Of a stretch of 64,000 nucleotides of DNA, positions 1 to 9,390 are shown one piece after another. Origin of the DNA: Macrostomum lignano (taxonomy: Eukaryota); NCBI GenBank assembly GCA_002269645.1, contig NIVC01002954.1, positions 1-64,000 of the forward strand, in the 5' to 3' direction. How positions within the stretch are numbered: the stretch's first letter is position 1; every line of letters begins with the position of its first letter. The notes beneath the pieces are model-generated. The model ran no database searches and was not told the DNA's origin. It saw only the letters and a list, made by a program, of their open reading frames with translations. A program made the translations under genes and the position numbers.

Positions 1-2008
1 TTCCAAATATGCGGTCGCAGCAAAATCATATCCTGCTGATGTGCTACCACAAACGGCTGCGCCACGAATAAAATGTGCGGCATCTGCTCCTCCAGTTCGA
101 GCACCAAAACCCATAAGAGTTCCCGTTTTATCTAAATCTCCCAAGTTCCACTATCATATGTAAAAAAGTTTTGCCCAATTAGCGTATATGTATTAGCTGA
201 TACATTGTATGTGCTTATTTGATACCAAACTCTTTGATTTAAAATATTAATTTCAAAAAGATGCCAATCGCCGTTATCAATATTAGCATAGGTTATAGTT
301 TGATCTGCGTCATTAAGAACATCATTACGAGCTGTTGCACCGTCTGATTTTATATTGCTCCAAACAACCCCAACTCTATCATGCCATTCACTCGCAAACA
401 CAATCAAGCCGGCGCGGGTTGTTAACCCGGATCCAAATTCACTTGTTGGACGTTCGTGACAATATGCATAAAACCAAACAGCGTCAGCACCATCTCCTGT
501 AGTATTAGCAACTCGGAAATAGAAGGAGGCGGATATATTACGAAAATGGGTGAAATTAAATTGTAACGCTCCAGACCGACCCGATGCTTCATCAGTAATT
601 CTAGCACCATTTTGATAATCTATATAAGAAGCATCTCCAACAAAACTTCCTGTTGGAAAAATATCGCCGGCGGTGGTTGGGTTTTGATACCAGTCCAATT
701 GCAAATTACGGGCTCGTACAAAGCGGCATCAATTGCAGGTATTCCATCCAATTTTATTTTATCATTAAAAGACATTCGGCCATCCGCCGTTGTGTTACTC
801 GCGTGTCAACATAACCTTTAGTAACAACAGAACTGTTATCGTTTATATTAGAGACATTGTGATCGTATTGGAACCCATATCAATTGATTGATTAACTACT
901 CCAGATTTAAATCAAAATTGTAAAAGTCTGTCTATAAATCTGAAAGGTTGACAGACCCGGGTTTGTAGCACCCGAAGTTGATGTAAGACAGAACAATCTG
1001 AAATATGAATATGTTTTATCAAAATTTTGTGTGACATTAATTGTTTGAGTTGAGTTATTTATTGCTACAGAACTATCCACAGGTATTAATACGTCCCAAC
1101 TTGTATTGTCATTACTTCCCTCAAATCGCCATGATGCTGGATGCTCGGTTGAAGGTGATGGCCTACCACGTAAATCAATTTTATAACACATTATTGCGGA
1201 AGGGCATTGAACCTGAATCCAATAATCGGTTTGAGTATTATTTGTTGCCCAATCTGTTGAATCATTTCCATCAAACGCTTTCCAACTTGCAAAATCAGTT
1301 GTATTAAATGCAGTGCTTGCGGTTATTGCAAAACCATTTCCACTCCAATCTGCCATGGTAGGTATGTGACCAGTTTCAACCGTTTGGAATCGATCTGTTT
1401 TGGGGCTCCACCCCAACTAATTATCAACCTCGTTTTGGTATAAGAATCAGTTATATTCTTTTAAATTTAAGGAATTATCAACTTCAGTTTTGCTATAAGA
1501 ATCAGTTATATCTCTTTTTAAATTTAGGGAATTATCAACTTCGGTTTTGGTATAGAATCAGTTATATCTCTTTTTAAATTTAGGGAATTATCAACTTCAG
1601 TTTTGGTATAGGAATCAGCAACATTCCGTTTTAAATTTAGGGAATTATCAACTTCGGTTTTGGTATAAGAATCGGCCGTATTGCGTTTTAAATTTAATGA
1701 ATCATCTATTTGAGTTCGAGAATAAGAATCAGTTATATCTCTTTTTAAATTTAACCCATTGTCAACCTCTGTTTTGTATATGAATCGGCTACGTTCCGTT
1801 TTAAATTTAGGGAATTATCTATTTGAGTTTTGGTATAGGAATCTGCAACATTTCTTTTTAAATTTAGTTTAGTATCAACTTCACTTTTTTTATAACCTTC
1901 ATCTTCATTAATATATCGGTTATCTCCGAATGTAACACTTATTCCACCAGAAGTACCACCACCAGTACTTGATGTTCCGTTCCATGAGGGTGTTCCAGAA
2001 AATAACAT
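1..2008 (-). pseudogene. Putative fibre/receptor-binding protein, frameshifted: N-terminal anchor, ~8 x 19-aa shaft repeats, F5/8C discoidin domain, C-terminal L-type (ConA-like) lectin domain
   Basis: ORF 1751-2008 starts at AAAAATG. 57-bp repeats at ~1420-1880 encode DSYTKTEVDNSLNLKRDIT. ORF 907-1416 has WKAFDG..W / YWIQV / SWRFEGSND..W / YSYFRL (discoidin). Linker reads IDMGSNTI...VVTKGYVD. ORF 132-704 has GDGADAVWF, and the continuation below 131 reads GFGARTGG..H.I (legume-lectin-like). Several single-base frameshifts join the pieces. Confidence 0.7.
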
Positions 2009-2032
2009 TTTTTACTGTCTATTTTATAGAGT

Positions 2033-2477
2033 CTAAAATCGTATAATGCTTTGCATGATCATCTTAAATACTTCGGGGTTTACACGAGCTTCATTCGAAA
2101 GTCGATATAAAAAATACAACGCGCTTGCCCGCAATAACTTTTATCAAATGTTTGAAATTGTTCGTGATGATCTCCACATAAACGATTTTTAGTATGATTA
2201 AATTTGTCTTTTATTTCCTGTAACGGAGGAAGCGCGTATGAATCAAAAAAATAAACAAGTTTAGGTTTGAATAAACTGCTGACCAATGAACACCATTTTC
2301 TTTTGTTGTTTCAATATTAACAATGAAACATCCATATTGTGGTAAGTCTTTTATCTCATCTCGCATAACACATCTGAATGGTTTTATTTTTAACTGCCTC
2401 GCCCAATTTGTTAATTCGATATTGCTTGTTGTGTCCGTTCCATATCTTTGTTTAAAATCATCCCACGTCATGGTCAT
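2033..2477 (-). pseudogene. Adenain-like (Ulp1/adenoviral) cysteine maturation protease, frameshifted
   Basis: ORFs 2211-2477 and 2080-2286 together give NGVHWSAV...YFFDSYALPP...QFQTFDKSYCG (His, Asp, Gln and Cys of adenain-type proteases). Confidence 0.85.
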
Positions 2478-2507
2478 TTTATGTTCCTGAAAAACTCTTG
2501 GTTTTAG

Positions 2508-2681
2508 TTAGTTTGTAGGTGTGGGTTTTAACAATTCCTTTCTTATTTTATCAGCTTGTAACTGCCTTAATTTTGCTAGTTCTAGTTCGTAATTATCTTC
2601 AGCTTTTTTAACTTTTTCTGATTGTTTTTTTATTAAATTATTATCGTGCTTTGCACGCGAACATGTTGTTCGATTACCCAT
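2508..2681 (-). CDS. Small basic coiled-coil protein (57 aa) with MGNRTTCS N-terminus
   Basis: AAAAATG start like other element ORFs, open frame between penton and protease; no recognisable domain. Confidence 0.5.
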   Translation of the reverse strand: MGNRTTCSRAKHDNNLIKKQSEKVKKAEDNYELELAKLRQLQADKIRKELLKPTPTN

Positions 2682-2719
2682 TTTTACTATAGGAAACGGA
2701 CAAAGTCCGTGAACCAAAG

Positions 2720-3508
2720 GTTCGATAAACCTGTTTTATACGTAAAATTATTGTTATTGATTGCCCACCAAAACTTATTAATCTATCGCTTTCATCTACA
2801 ATCCTAATATAAATTGATTGAACGCTATATTGATTTAAAGGATAATATATTGGGGTTTGGGTGCAACAATCATTTTCTCTCCAATTGGAACAGCAAGAAA
2901 TGGGATTGAATAAATAATTCCACGTTGAACCAAAACTCCGTTATTATCTGTTATATAACCACCGTTTGATATGTCGGTTGTTATATTAATTGTATTAACT
3001 CCACCCTCAATATTTCCACTGTATCTCCGGTGCTTGATGTGGTAACTATTCGGGAATTAAATCCAAGTATGGTTCTGAGTGAATTTGCAATTGTGAAATC
3101 AACCTGATATCCGGATCCTAGTGATAGTGTGAATCTGCCAGACGGTAAATCAACACCTATAACAATTGCTCCTGTTACCCAATCACCATTAGTTGTTAAT
3201 TCTCCTTCTATATAAGCATTCAAATCAGTATAGCTATACGCTCCTGGGTTAACGCTAAATGTTGTCCAATTGGCTCCGGAATCTTTAGAATATCTAAATT
3301 GATTATTTGTTGCATTAATTAATTGAGGCATGTTGAAAACCGAAAATAGAATTAAACCTATTTGATAACTTAGGCTTTGATCAAGTTGTAATGGATCGCG
3401 CAATTGAATCCGTTGCTCGCTGGTTGTCATTATAAACTGTAATGTTGTACTAAATTTTGAATTAGTTCGATCTACCAATTGTTTTATAGTATTTAAATTT
3501 GTAGTCAT
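2720..3508 (-). pseudogene. Minor capsid protein (penton), frameshifted near 3015; 3' end approximate
   Basis: NNQFRYS...PGAYSYTDLN...SLRTILGF in ORF 2981-3547; continuation in another frame reads VNTINITTDISNGGY...IYIRIVDESDRLISFGGQSITIILRIK, typical of Polinton pentons. Confidence 0.8.
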
Positions 3509-3527
3509 TTTTATAGTGGAAATTGTG

Positions 3528-4320
3528 CTATGTCTCTTCTTCCTCATTATCTTCTTTTATCAAATTTGTTAAAATTCTATGTTTCCTTTCTAACCTCGGA
3601 TTGATATAAATATGTTTGTATTGGCTATCATCCCAAATTTTTTTACACATACTTTTAAATGGTTTTGCATCCAATCCGGGATTAAATCTAGCGTGAATAT
3701 TTTGTAGATCATAGTTATCTAAATCAAACATTACACAACAGCTAGCATTCTTTTTTATAATCGATTCTAATTCTCTAAAGGATTGAGTAAGATAAAAAGC
3801 TCCAATTCCATCTCCTCTACCACTAACAAAAATTTCCTTTTGCAATTCTTGATCACCGTCATTAATACAATCATCAAAAATAATTAGTGTTTTATCATGT
3901 TTTGGAATTTGATCATAGGCTAATCGGGTTGATACTCTAACAGTTGGGCGCGATCGGACGAAGTCCGCGACCCTTCGGGGCGATCGGTGATGTTTTCTGG
4001 CTGTTGTGCCATTGTTTTACATAAATCCTCAATGTCTGCTAGATTAAATCGCGGTTCGTCATCATCCTCATATTGCTCATATGCTCTTAACATTCTAAAC
4101 AAGACATCTTTTTTTAATTTGTTTTTTAATCCATGTTTAAGAAATTCATAATATTTTATTCTAGGTTTATTAGTATAAATTATTAAATTATTATAGTCTA
4201 ACATTCCATCTGTTGTTAATAAATCGTAAACAAAGTGTGTTTTTCCTTTACCTGATCCTCCGATTACTAAACAAAGAAAAGGATCATTTGGAAATATTTA
4301 TTGTGTTTTGCCTTTACCAT
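3528..4320 (-). pseudogene. A32/FtsK-like DNA packaging ATPase, frameshifted
   Basis: Walker A LVIGGSGKGKT (~4240-4275, upstream of the annotated ORF start), Walker B TLIIFDD (~3875-3895), then SGR...FYLTQS; split across ORFs 3920-4204 and 3528-3845. Confidence 0.88.
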
Positions 4321-4371
4321 TTTTAAAGAAATAATTTAAATAGGCGCGACGGTCGGAGACCTGCACTCATT

Positions 4372-5841
4372 TTACAATGGCGCGTCCCGAACAATCGTGC
4401 CATCAGCTTTAGCAATTGACATATATTCCTCTAGAAACAATACGTGTGCGTCTATGCCTGATTACCAGTTTTATTAATCTCTAACATATAATTAAGTCCA
4501 ATATTGGCTACGTTTTCTTTCTGTGCCGTTAGATCATAAACAACCACTGGATGAATGTTTAGAAACTCTGTGGGTGTACTGAGGGACGGCATACGCTTCA
4601 TTTTTGGCATAATCTTGATAATATTTTATAAAATCATTAACATTATTATTTGCAATATTTAGATTAAGAGGATCTTTAACCGGATAATATTGATCATCAA
4701 CCTGCAGGCGGATATTCTGAACATTAAACTCGTTAATAGCTGCAGCCGCATTGTCTGTTGCGGTGGCTGCTTGTTCTGCTATGGCACCGGATTGAAGCCA
4801 ATATAAATCCCCATTTGCTCTTTTACTCCTTCTATTTGTTATCTTAAACCAAACAAAAATATATCTCACCCGACGTTTTGATGTCAATATTTGCCACTGG
4901 AATGAATCCTGATTGTTATTAATGGTTCGCATAAAGTGTCTACGATTCAAATAAAATATTTCCTGATCATGCGTTAACTGATTATCGATGTGTTTTAAAG
5001 GTGGGGCTGTTGCCTCAATGGTTGGTACGACTGGTTGAATTGAATCTATACGAACTGCTATATCGGTTGAAATTGAGGTTCCATAAAGTATCCTAGGCTG
5101 ATATCCACCAGATATTTGCAACTGTATCCCAAATTTTAATCCTTTCCATACCCGATTTGGTGAAAAGAACCCAAATAGTGGAAAGATTGAAAAGTCTTGC
5201 TCATATGCTGTTGCTGTGGTTAAAACCGCTACTGGGAATTTATTCTGACGAGCTATAAAACCTGTATTAATATCTTTTGTATTAGTCATGGTGGTTACAA
5301 CTGGAACTATGTTTGTATTAAGGTAAACAATTAGCGCTGCAGTATCTGCACCGGCTGCGTTTTGTACATTAGGGAAAACTACTGCTTGACCGTTACCTTT
5401 ATCCGGCATCCACCCAACATTATCACCAACTTGTTTTGATAAATAAGTATAATTTAAATGTTTCAAAACTCCATTAATCTCTGCGGGGTTTGATGATGTC
5501 TCAACCTCAGCACCATTAACAGTTAGTTGAGCTTGGGAAAAACATTTATAAAACCAATCATTTTCTATTATTATTCCGGATCGATCTGCGATATCTCCGG
5601 CTGCAAGAGCAGTTCCATCATTTCTAGTATACAACCATCTAACGCGGAAAAACGCATTTTTCATATCCAATATAGTGTTGGTTGCGCCGATGTCAAAAGT
5701 TACCGTTCCAGTAGTAAAGTTATTTGAATTATCACTTGTTGGTAGGGTATAATTTAAATCTCTTACTCTGACCTCATTAATATACTGTCGGTGCTTTTTG
5801 AAATGAAATTTATCACTCCACATAGTTTTTGTTTCAGCCAT
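4372..5841 (-). pseudogene. Double-jelly-roll major capsid protein, C-terminus frameshifted
   Basis: 435-aa ORF with ILDMKNAFFRVRW, FSQAQLTVNGAEVE, RYIFVWF, NIRLQVDDQYYP. An alternative frame continues VVVYDLTAQKE... to a stop at ~4372. Position next to ATPase and penton fits. Confidence 0.8.
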
Positions 5842-5875
5842 TTTTTTAAGTTAAAAAAGTTTTTTATGTTAAAAA

Positions 5876-6541
5876 ATGAGTCAATTTATGGACGTTGATG
5901 GAGAGTTAGCGATTTATAAAGAGAAGCAAAGATATTCTGATTTTGTTAGAAATTTACAAAAAAGAAAGTTAGGAATACAATTAGCTGGCGAAAGATTTGC
6001 TGCTCCTTTTGTTAATCCTATTACTGGGAAAATTAGTGAACTAGAAAAAACAGATAAAGATCTTCTGGAAAAAATTGCTAAAAATACGGAGCCAAAAGAG
6101 GATGAAATTTTGGATGAGCCGCCTGCTTATGATGTTGATCAAGCACAATTGAGAATTGCAGAGATTAGACGTGCAGAGCGGGGCGATCGGGAACAATATC
6201 CAAGAGTACCAGCTAGTATTGCTGCGACAGATTTAGGTAATAATAATTATCGAATTGGTGGAGTTGATAAAAATCGAAATGAACTATATAGAGAATTGGG
6301 TGGAGCATATAATATTGTTATGAACCCTAGGGTAAAGTTTAACCCTGATTTATATACTAGGGATGAATTAATAAGTGCTAGAATTTTTTATGATGAGTTA
6401 GGAGGAGCTGTTAAAAATACCAGCTTGTATAAAAGGATTGTTAATTCTATAAATAACAAACCAGCTGTTGGTGATGGATTTAAAACTCCTAGAAAACTTG
6501 TTTTAGCTGCTGCGAAAGCTGCTGGACATACTGGTGTTTAA
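5876..6541 (+). CDS. Hypothetical element protein (221 aa), divergent from MCP
   Basis: Intact ORF with AAAAAATG start; no motif recognised. Confidence 0.7.
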   Translation: MSQFMDVDGELAIYKEKQRYSDFVRNLQKRKLGIQLAGERFAAPFVNPITGKISELEKTDKDLLEKIAKNTEPKEDEILDEPPAYDVDQAQLRIAEIRRAERGDREQYPRVPASIAATDLGNNNYRIGGVDKNRNELYRELGGAYNIVMNPRVKFNPDLYTRDELISARIFYDELGGAVKNTSLYKRIVNSINNKPAVGDGFKTPRKLVLAAAKAAGHTGV

Positions 6542-6569
6542 TTAATTGTTAAATTTATTTTTTTATAAA

Positions 6570-7187
6570 ATGGATGAAACAAAAATTTGTAATAAATGTA
6601 AAGAAGAGAAAATTTTGGATTATTTTAGATTTCGTAGAGATCAAAATAGATATTATAGTATTTGCAAACCTTGTGAGAGAAAGTATGATAAAGAATGGTA
6701 TGAGAAAAATCGTGAATATAAGCTTCAATGGAAAAAAGAATATGATAAAAATAATATAGAAAGGCGCAGAAAATATCAAAATGAAAGAAGATTAACTGAT
6801 GAAAATTACAAACTTATTTTAAACACACGAAATAGAATATATTCTCTTCTAAAATCTAATAATGCTCGAAAAAATAATCATACTGTTGATTACCTTGGTT
6901 GCTCAATTGAATTCTTTACTGATTGGTTAAATTTCACAAAACATTATTATGTGCCAAAAGATTATATTGGTGTTTTGCATGTTGACCATTTTATTCCTGC
7001 TTCATCTTTTGATTATCGCGATGAAGAACAAATTAAAAAGTCTGAAAATTGGAGAAATAAAAGATACTTAGTTGCTGTAGATAATATTTCAAAAAATGAT
7101 AAACAACCAACCATAGAAGAATTTGCAAAACAATTGGTGCTTTCATGTATTTTTAAGGCTATTAAAAATGAGCCAAATAGTGTTTGA
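6570..7187 (+). CDS. Free-standing HNH endonuclease with N-terminal CxxC..CxxC zinc finger
   Basis: AAAATG at 6570. CNKC...CKPC, basic helical region, then DYLGCS and LHVDHFIPASSFD...N.RN...LVAVDNISKNDK (ββα-Me HNH of the type found in large DNA viruses and phages). Stop overlaps the next gene's start. Confidence 0.85.
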   Translation: MDETKICNKCKEEKILDYFRFRRDQNRYYSICKPCERKYDKEWYEKNREYKLQWKKEYDKNNIERRRKYQNERRLTDENYKLILNTRNRIYSLLKSNNARKNNHTVDYLGCSIEFFTDWLNFTKHYYVPKDYIGVLHVDHFIPASSFDYRDEEQIKKSENWRNKRYLVAVDNISKNDKQPTIEEFAKQLVLSCIFKAIKNEPNSV

Positions 7188-8770
7188 AGGAGGATTGTTA
7201 GATGTTCAAAAAGGATTAACAAGCTTACCACCAATCTTTACTACTGGAAGGTATACAAATGAATTACACATCCCATCTTACAACTTCGCGGGTGGAGCTC
7301 GAGCTGTGCCCGAGTGGTAGATGCAAAGCTACTGCTAGTCACTATTAGTGGCAACACCAGCCGCTCACTCAATCCCCTAAAGCTTTAAGTACCACTTTGT
7401 TTTCGAAAGATTACAAAGGAACAGAGGTAACTCCTCTTCCCAACGGTAACAAGCTTGAAGATAAATATATGGGCAAGAGTGAATCGAAAACCTAACCTCA
7501 TATGACTTGAGTATGGTTGAGATGCAACGACTGTACGCTGGTGGGCTTGAAGGACTTAGTCAATCCTTATGATAGCTTAAGACACAGTCTACTCCTTTGT
7601 GAAAGCAAAGGTATAAAGGCCGGGTTGACTCGACTCGATCTCCGATTAAATCCTGATAATACTCCAAAAGCCGATTCAATTCCCATTAACGGTATTGATT
7701 GGTTAGCATACTATCATGACTTAGCATACAGAGATGCTGATAAGAACTCACCCGAGGAAGCATTAAGATTAAAACATGAAGCCGATCAAAAAATGATTCA
7801 AGGATTAGATAACTTGCAGGGATTATCAGTAGGTCAGAGATTAACTAGGTGGATGGTTAAAAAGATTTTGCAGTCTAAAGTTAAATTTGGTTTGGGAATT
7901 AATTATAATCAACATGGAAATAATTGTGTTGAGTGTTTGTTGTTAAGTGGCGGTGGGTTAAGTTCTGATGAGGCAAAGATTCTTCATAAAGAATATCGAA
8001 AACCTAAATTTTATAGAAAAATCATGAACTTCAAAAAGAACGAAATTTGGTATGCTGATTTAATGTCTATGCCGAACGAAAGAGGATATAAATATATCTT
8101 AACCATATTAGATGGTTTTACTCGATACGCGTGGGCTGTTCCTTTGAAATCCAAAAAAGGAGAGGATGTTGCTGCTGCTTTTAGAAGTCTTGGAGAAAAA
8201 AGCGAACGTTTGTGTGTTGACGAAGGAAAAGAATTTTACAATCCTCATATGTATAAATTATATCATTTTGAAAAAGGACAAGAAAGGAAAAAGGACGCGA
8301 ATGGGGAGTATATTAATAAAATTTATTCTATTTATGGAGAGAGTAAAAACGCATTAATAGAAAGATTTAATAGAACTTTAGGTAAGAAATTATGGTTTCA
8401 GTTTAGTCTTAATGGTAACCAAAAATGGGTAAAAATATTACCAGACGTAGTGAAAGATTATAACAATTCATATCATTCAGCTATAAAGATGACTCCTCAA
8501 CAAGCTTATAACAATCCTGAAAATGTTAGGGTTACTTTTGGAAAATTTGAAAAAAAGAAAACTAAAGATTTTAAAGTTGGTGATTCTGTTTATATCTATA
8601 AATGGAAAGATAAGTTTGAAAAAGGAAGAAAAGGATATTGGAAGATAAGTGAGAAATTTACTATCAGTAAAGTTTTAAATACCAATCCTACAACCTATAT
8701 AATTGCTGATAAGGACGGTGAAGAAATATTGGGTTCTTTTTATGAGAATCAGATATTATCTGCAAACTAA
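7168..8770 (+). CDS. Parvovirus-type phospholipase A2 (PLA2X) fused to retroviral-like DDE integrase; exon 1 7168-7293, exon 2 ~7620-8770
   Basis: Exon 1 ends HIPSYNFAG (Ca-loop). Exon 2 has (P)G..RLDLRL...PINGIDWLAYYHDLAY (PLA2 HDxxY), then KFGLG, then integrase WYADL / CVDEGKEF / IERFNRTL (D-D-E) and FKVGDSV...GSFYENQI. Confidence 0.88.
7294..7619 (+). ncRNA. Group I self-splicing intron (IC1/IE-like architecture with P5abc, no internal ORF)
   Basis: P1: exon CGGGU pairs with IGS GCCCG 7308-7312 (U·G at the splice site). P3: CACCAGC 7355-61 / GCUGGUG 7537-43. P4: UCACUC 7365-70 / GAGUGA 7477-82 with tandem AA J4/5. P5b has a GAAA loop. P7: A(C)GACUGU 7527-34 / ACAGUCU 7584-90 with the G-binding G-C pair. 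J8/7-S element UAAGACACAGUC. P9: CCUUUGU-GAAA-GCAAAGG 7594-7611. Terminal G at 7619 (or 7618). Confidence 0.9.
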
Positions 8771-8780
8771 GTTCGATCAG

Positions 8781-9005
8781 TTACTTAAGACAACATGGTA
8801 GTAAATTTTTTATAACAAACAAAAACAATATTATTACAATAATTGTTACTAATATTATTATTGACATTTGTTCAACTGTTATCAAACTTAAATTTTCATT
8901 AAGTTCATTAATTGGAACATTTCCGATGTAGGAATAGTTTACCTTCATTTTTTTATATATATTTTTCACAATAAATGTCGTTTCTGTTATAGAATAATAG
9001 TTCAT
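8781..9005 (-). CDS. Small membrane protein (74 aa, single C-terminal TM helix)
   Basis: AAAAAATG start; hydrophobic IIILVTIIVIILFLFVI followed by a Cys pair. Confidence 0.55.
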   Translation of the reverse strand: MNYYSITETTFIVKNIYKKMKVNYSYIGNVPINELNENLSLITVEQMSIIILVTIIVIILFLFVIKNLLPCCLK

Positions 9006-9021
9006 TTTTTAAATATTTTTT

Positions 9022-9336
9022 TCACATAAAAATTTCACTTTCATTCTCTGAATCACTGGTTTCATATGAACTATTTGTTGATTCGGAATCTGTTGATCTA
9101 ACCTCCCAATCATCCGAATTTAAATAATCTCCAAGTTGAAATATTAACTCACCCTCTTGTTCTAAATCATACATCTCATCTAGCTCTAATGGATAAAGTT
9201 TTAGGTCGTGCTTGTCGTCATATTTTAAATAAACTTCATCAATTATTCCATTCAAAATATGTTGTTTTATTATCTCTGCATTTTTAGCAACAGTCTCAAA
9301 AGCATCACTAACAGAAAAGGTGTAAACTCGGGTCAT
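9022..9336 (-). CDS. Small acidic protein (104 aa)
   Basis: AAAAATG start, intact ORF, D/E/S-rich tail. Confidence 0.55.
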   Translation of the reverse strand: MTRVYTFSVSDAFETVAKNAEIIKQHILNGIIDEVYLKYDDKHDLKLYPLELDEMYDLEQEGELIFQLGDYLNSDDWEVRSTDSESTNSSYETSDSENESEIFM

Positions 9337-9390
9337 TTTTAGTAACAGAAAAAGACCCTTCGCGCCTGCGGCGCGGGCTAGGGGTTATAG

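Noticed and set aside
7517-7619. N-terminal extension MRCNDCTLVG... of the integrase ORF
   Set aside because: Starts at TTG within the group I intron core (P7-P9); intron sequence read through by the ORF finder.
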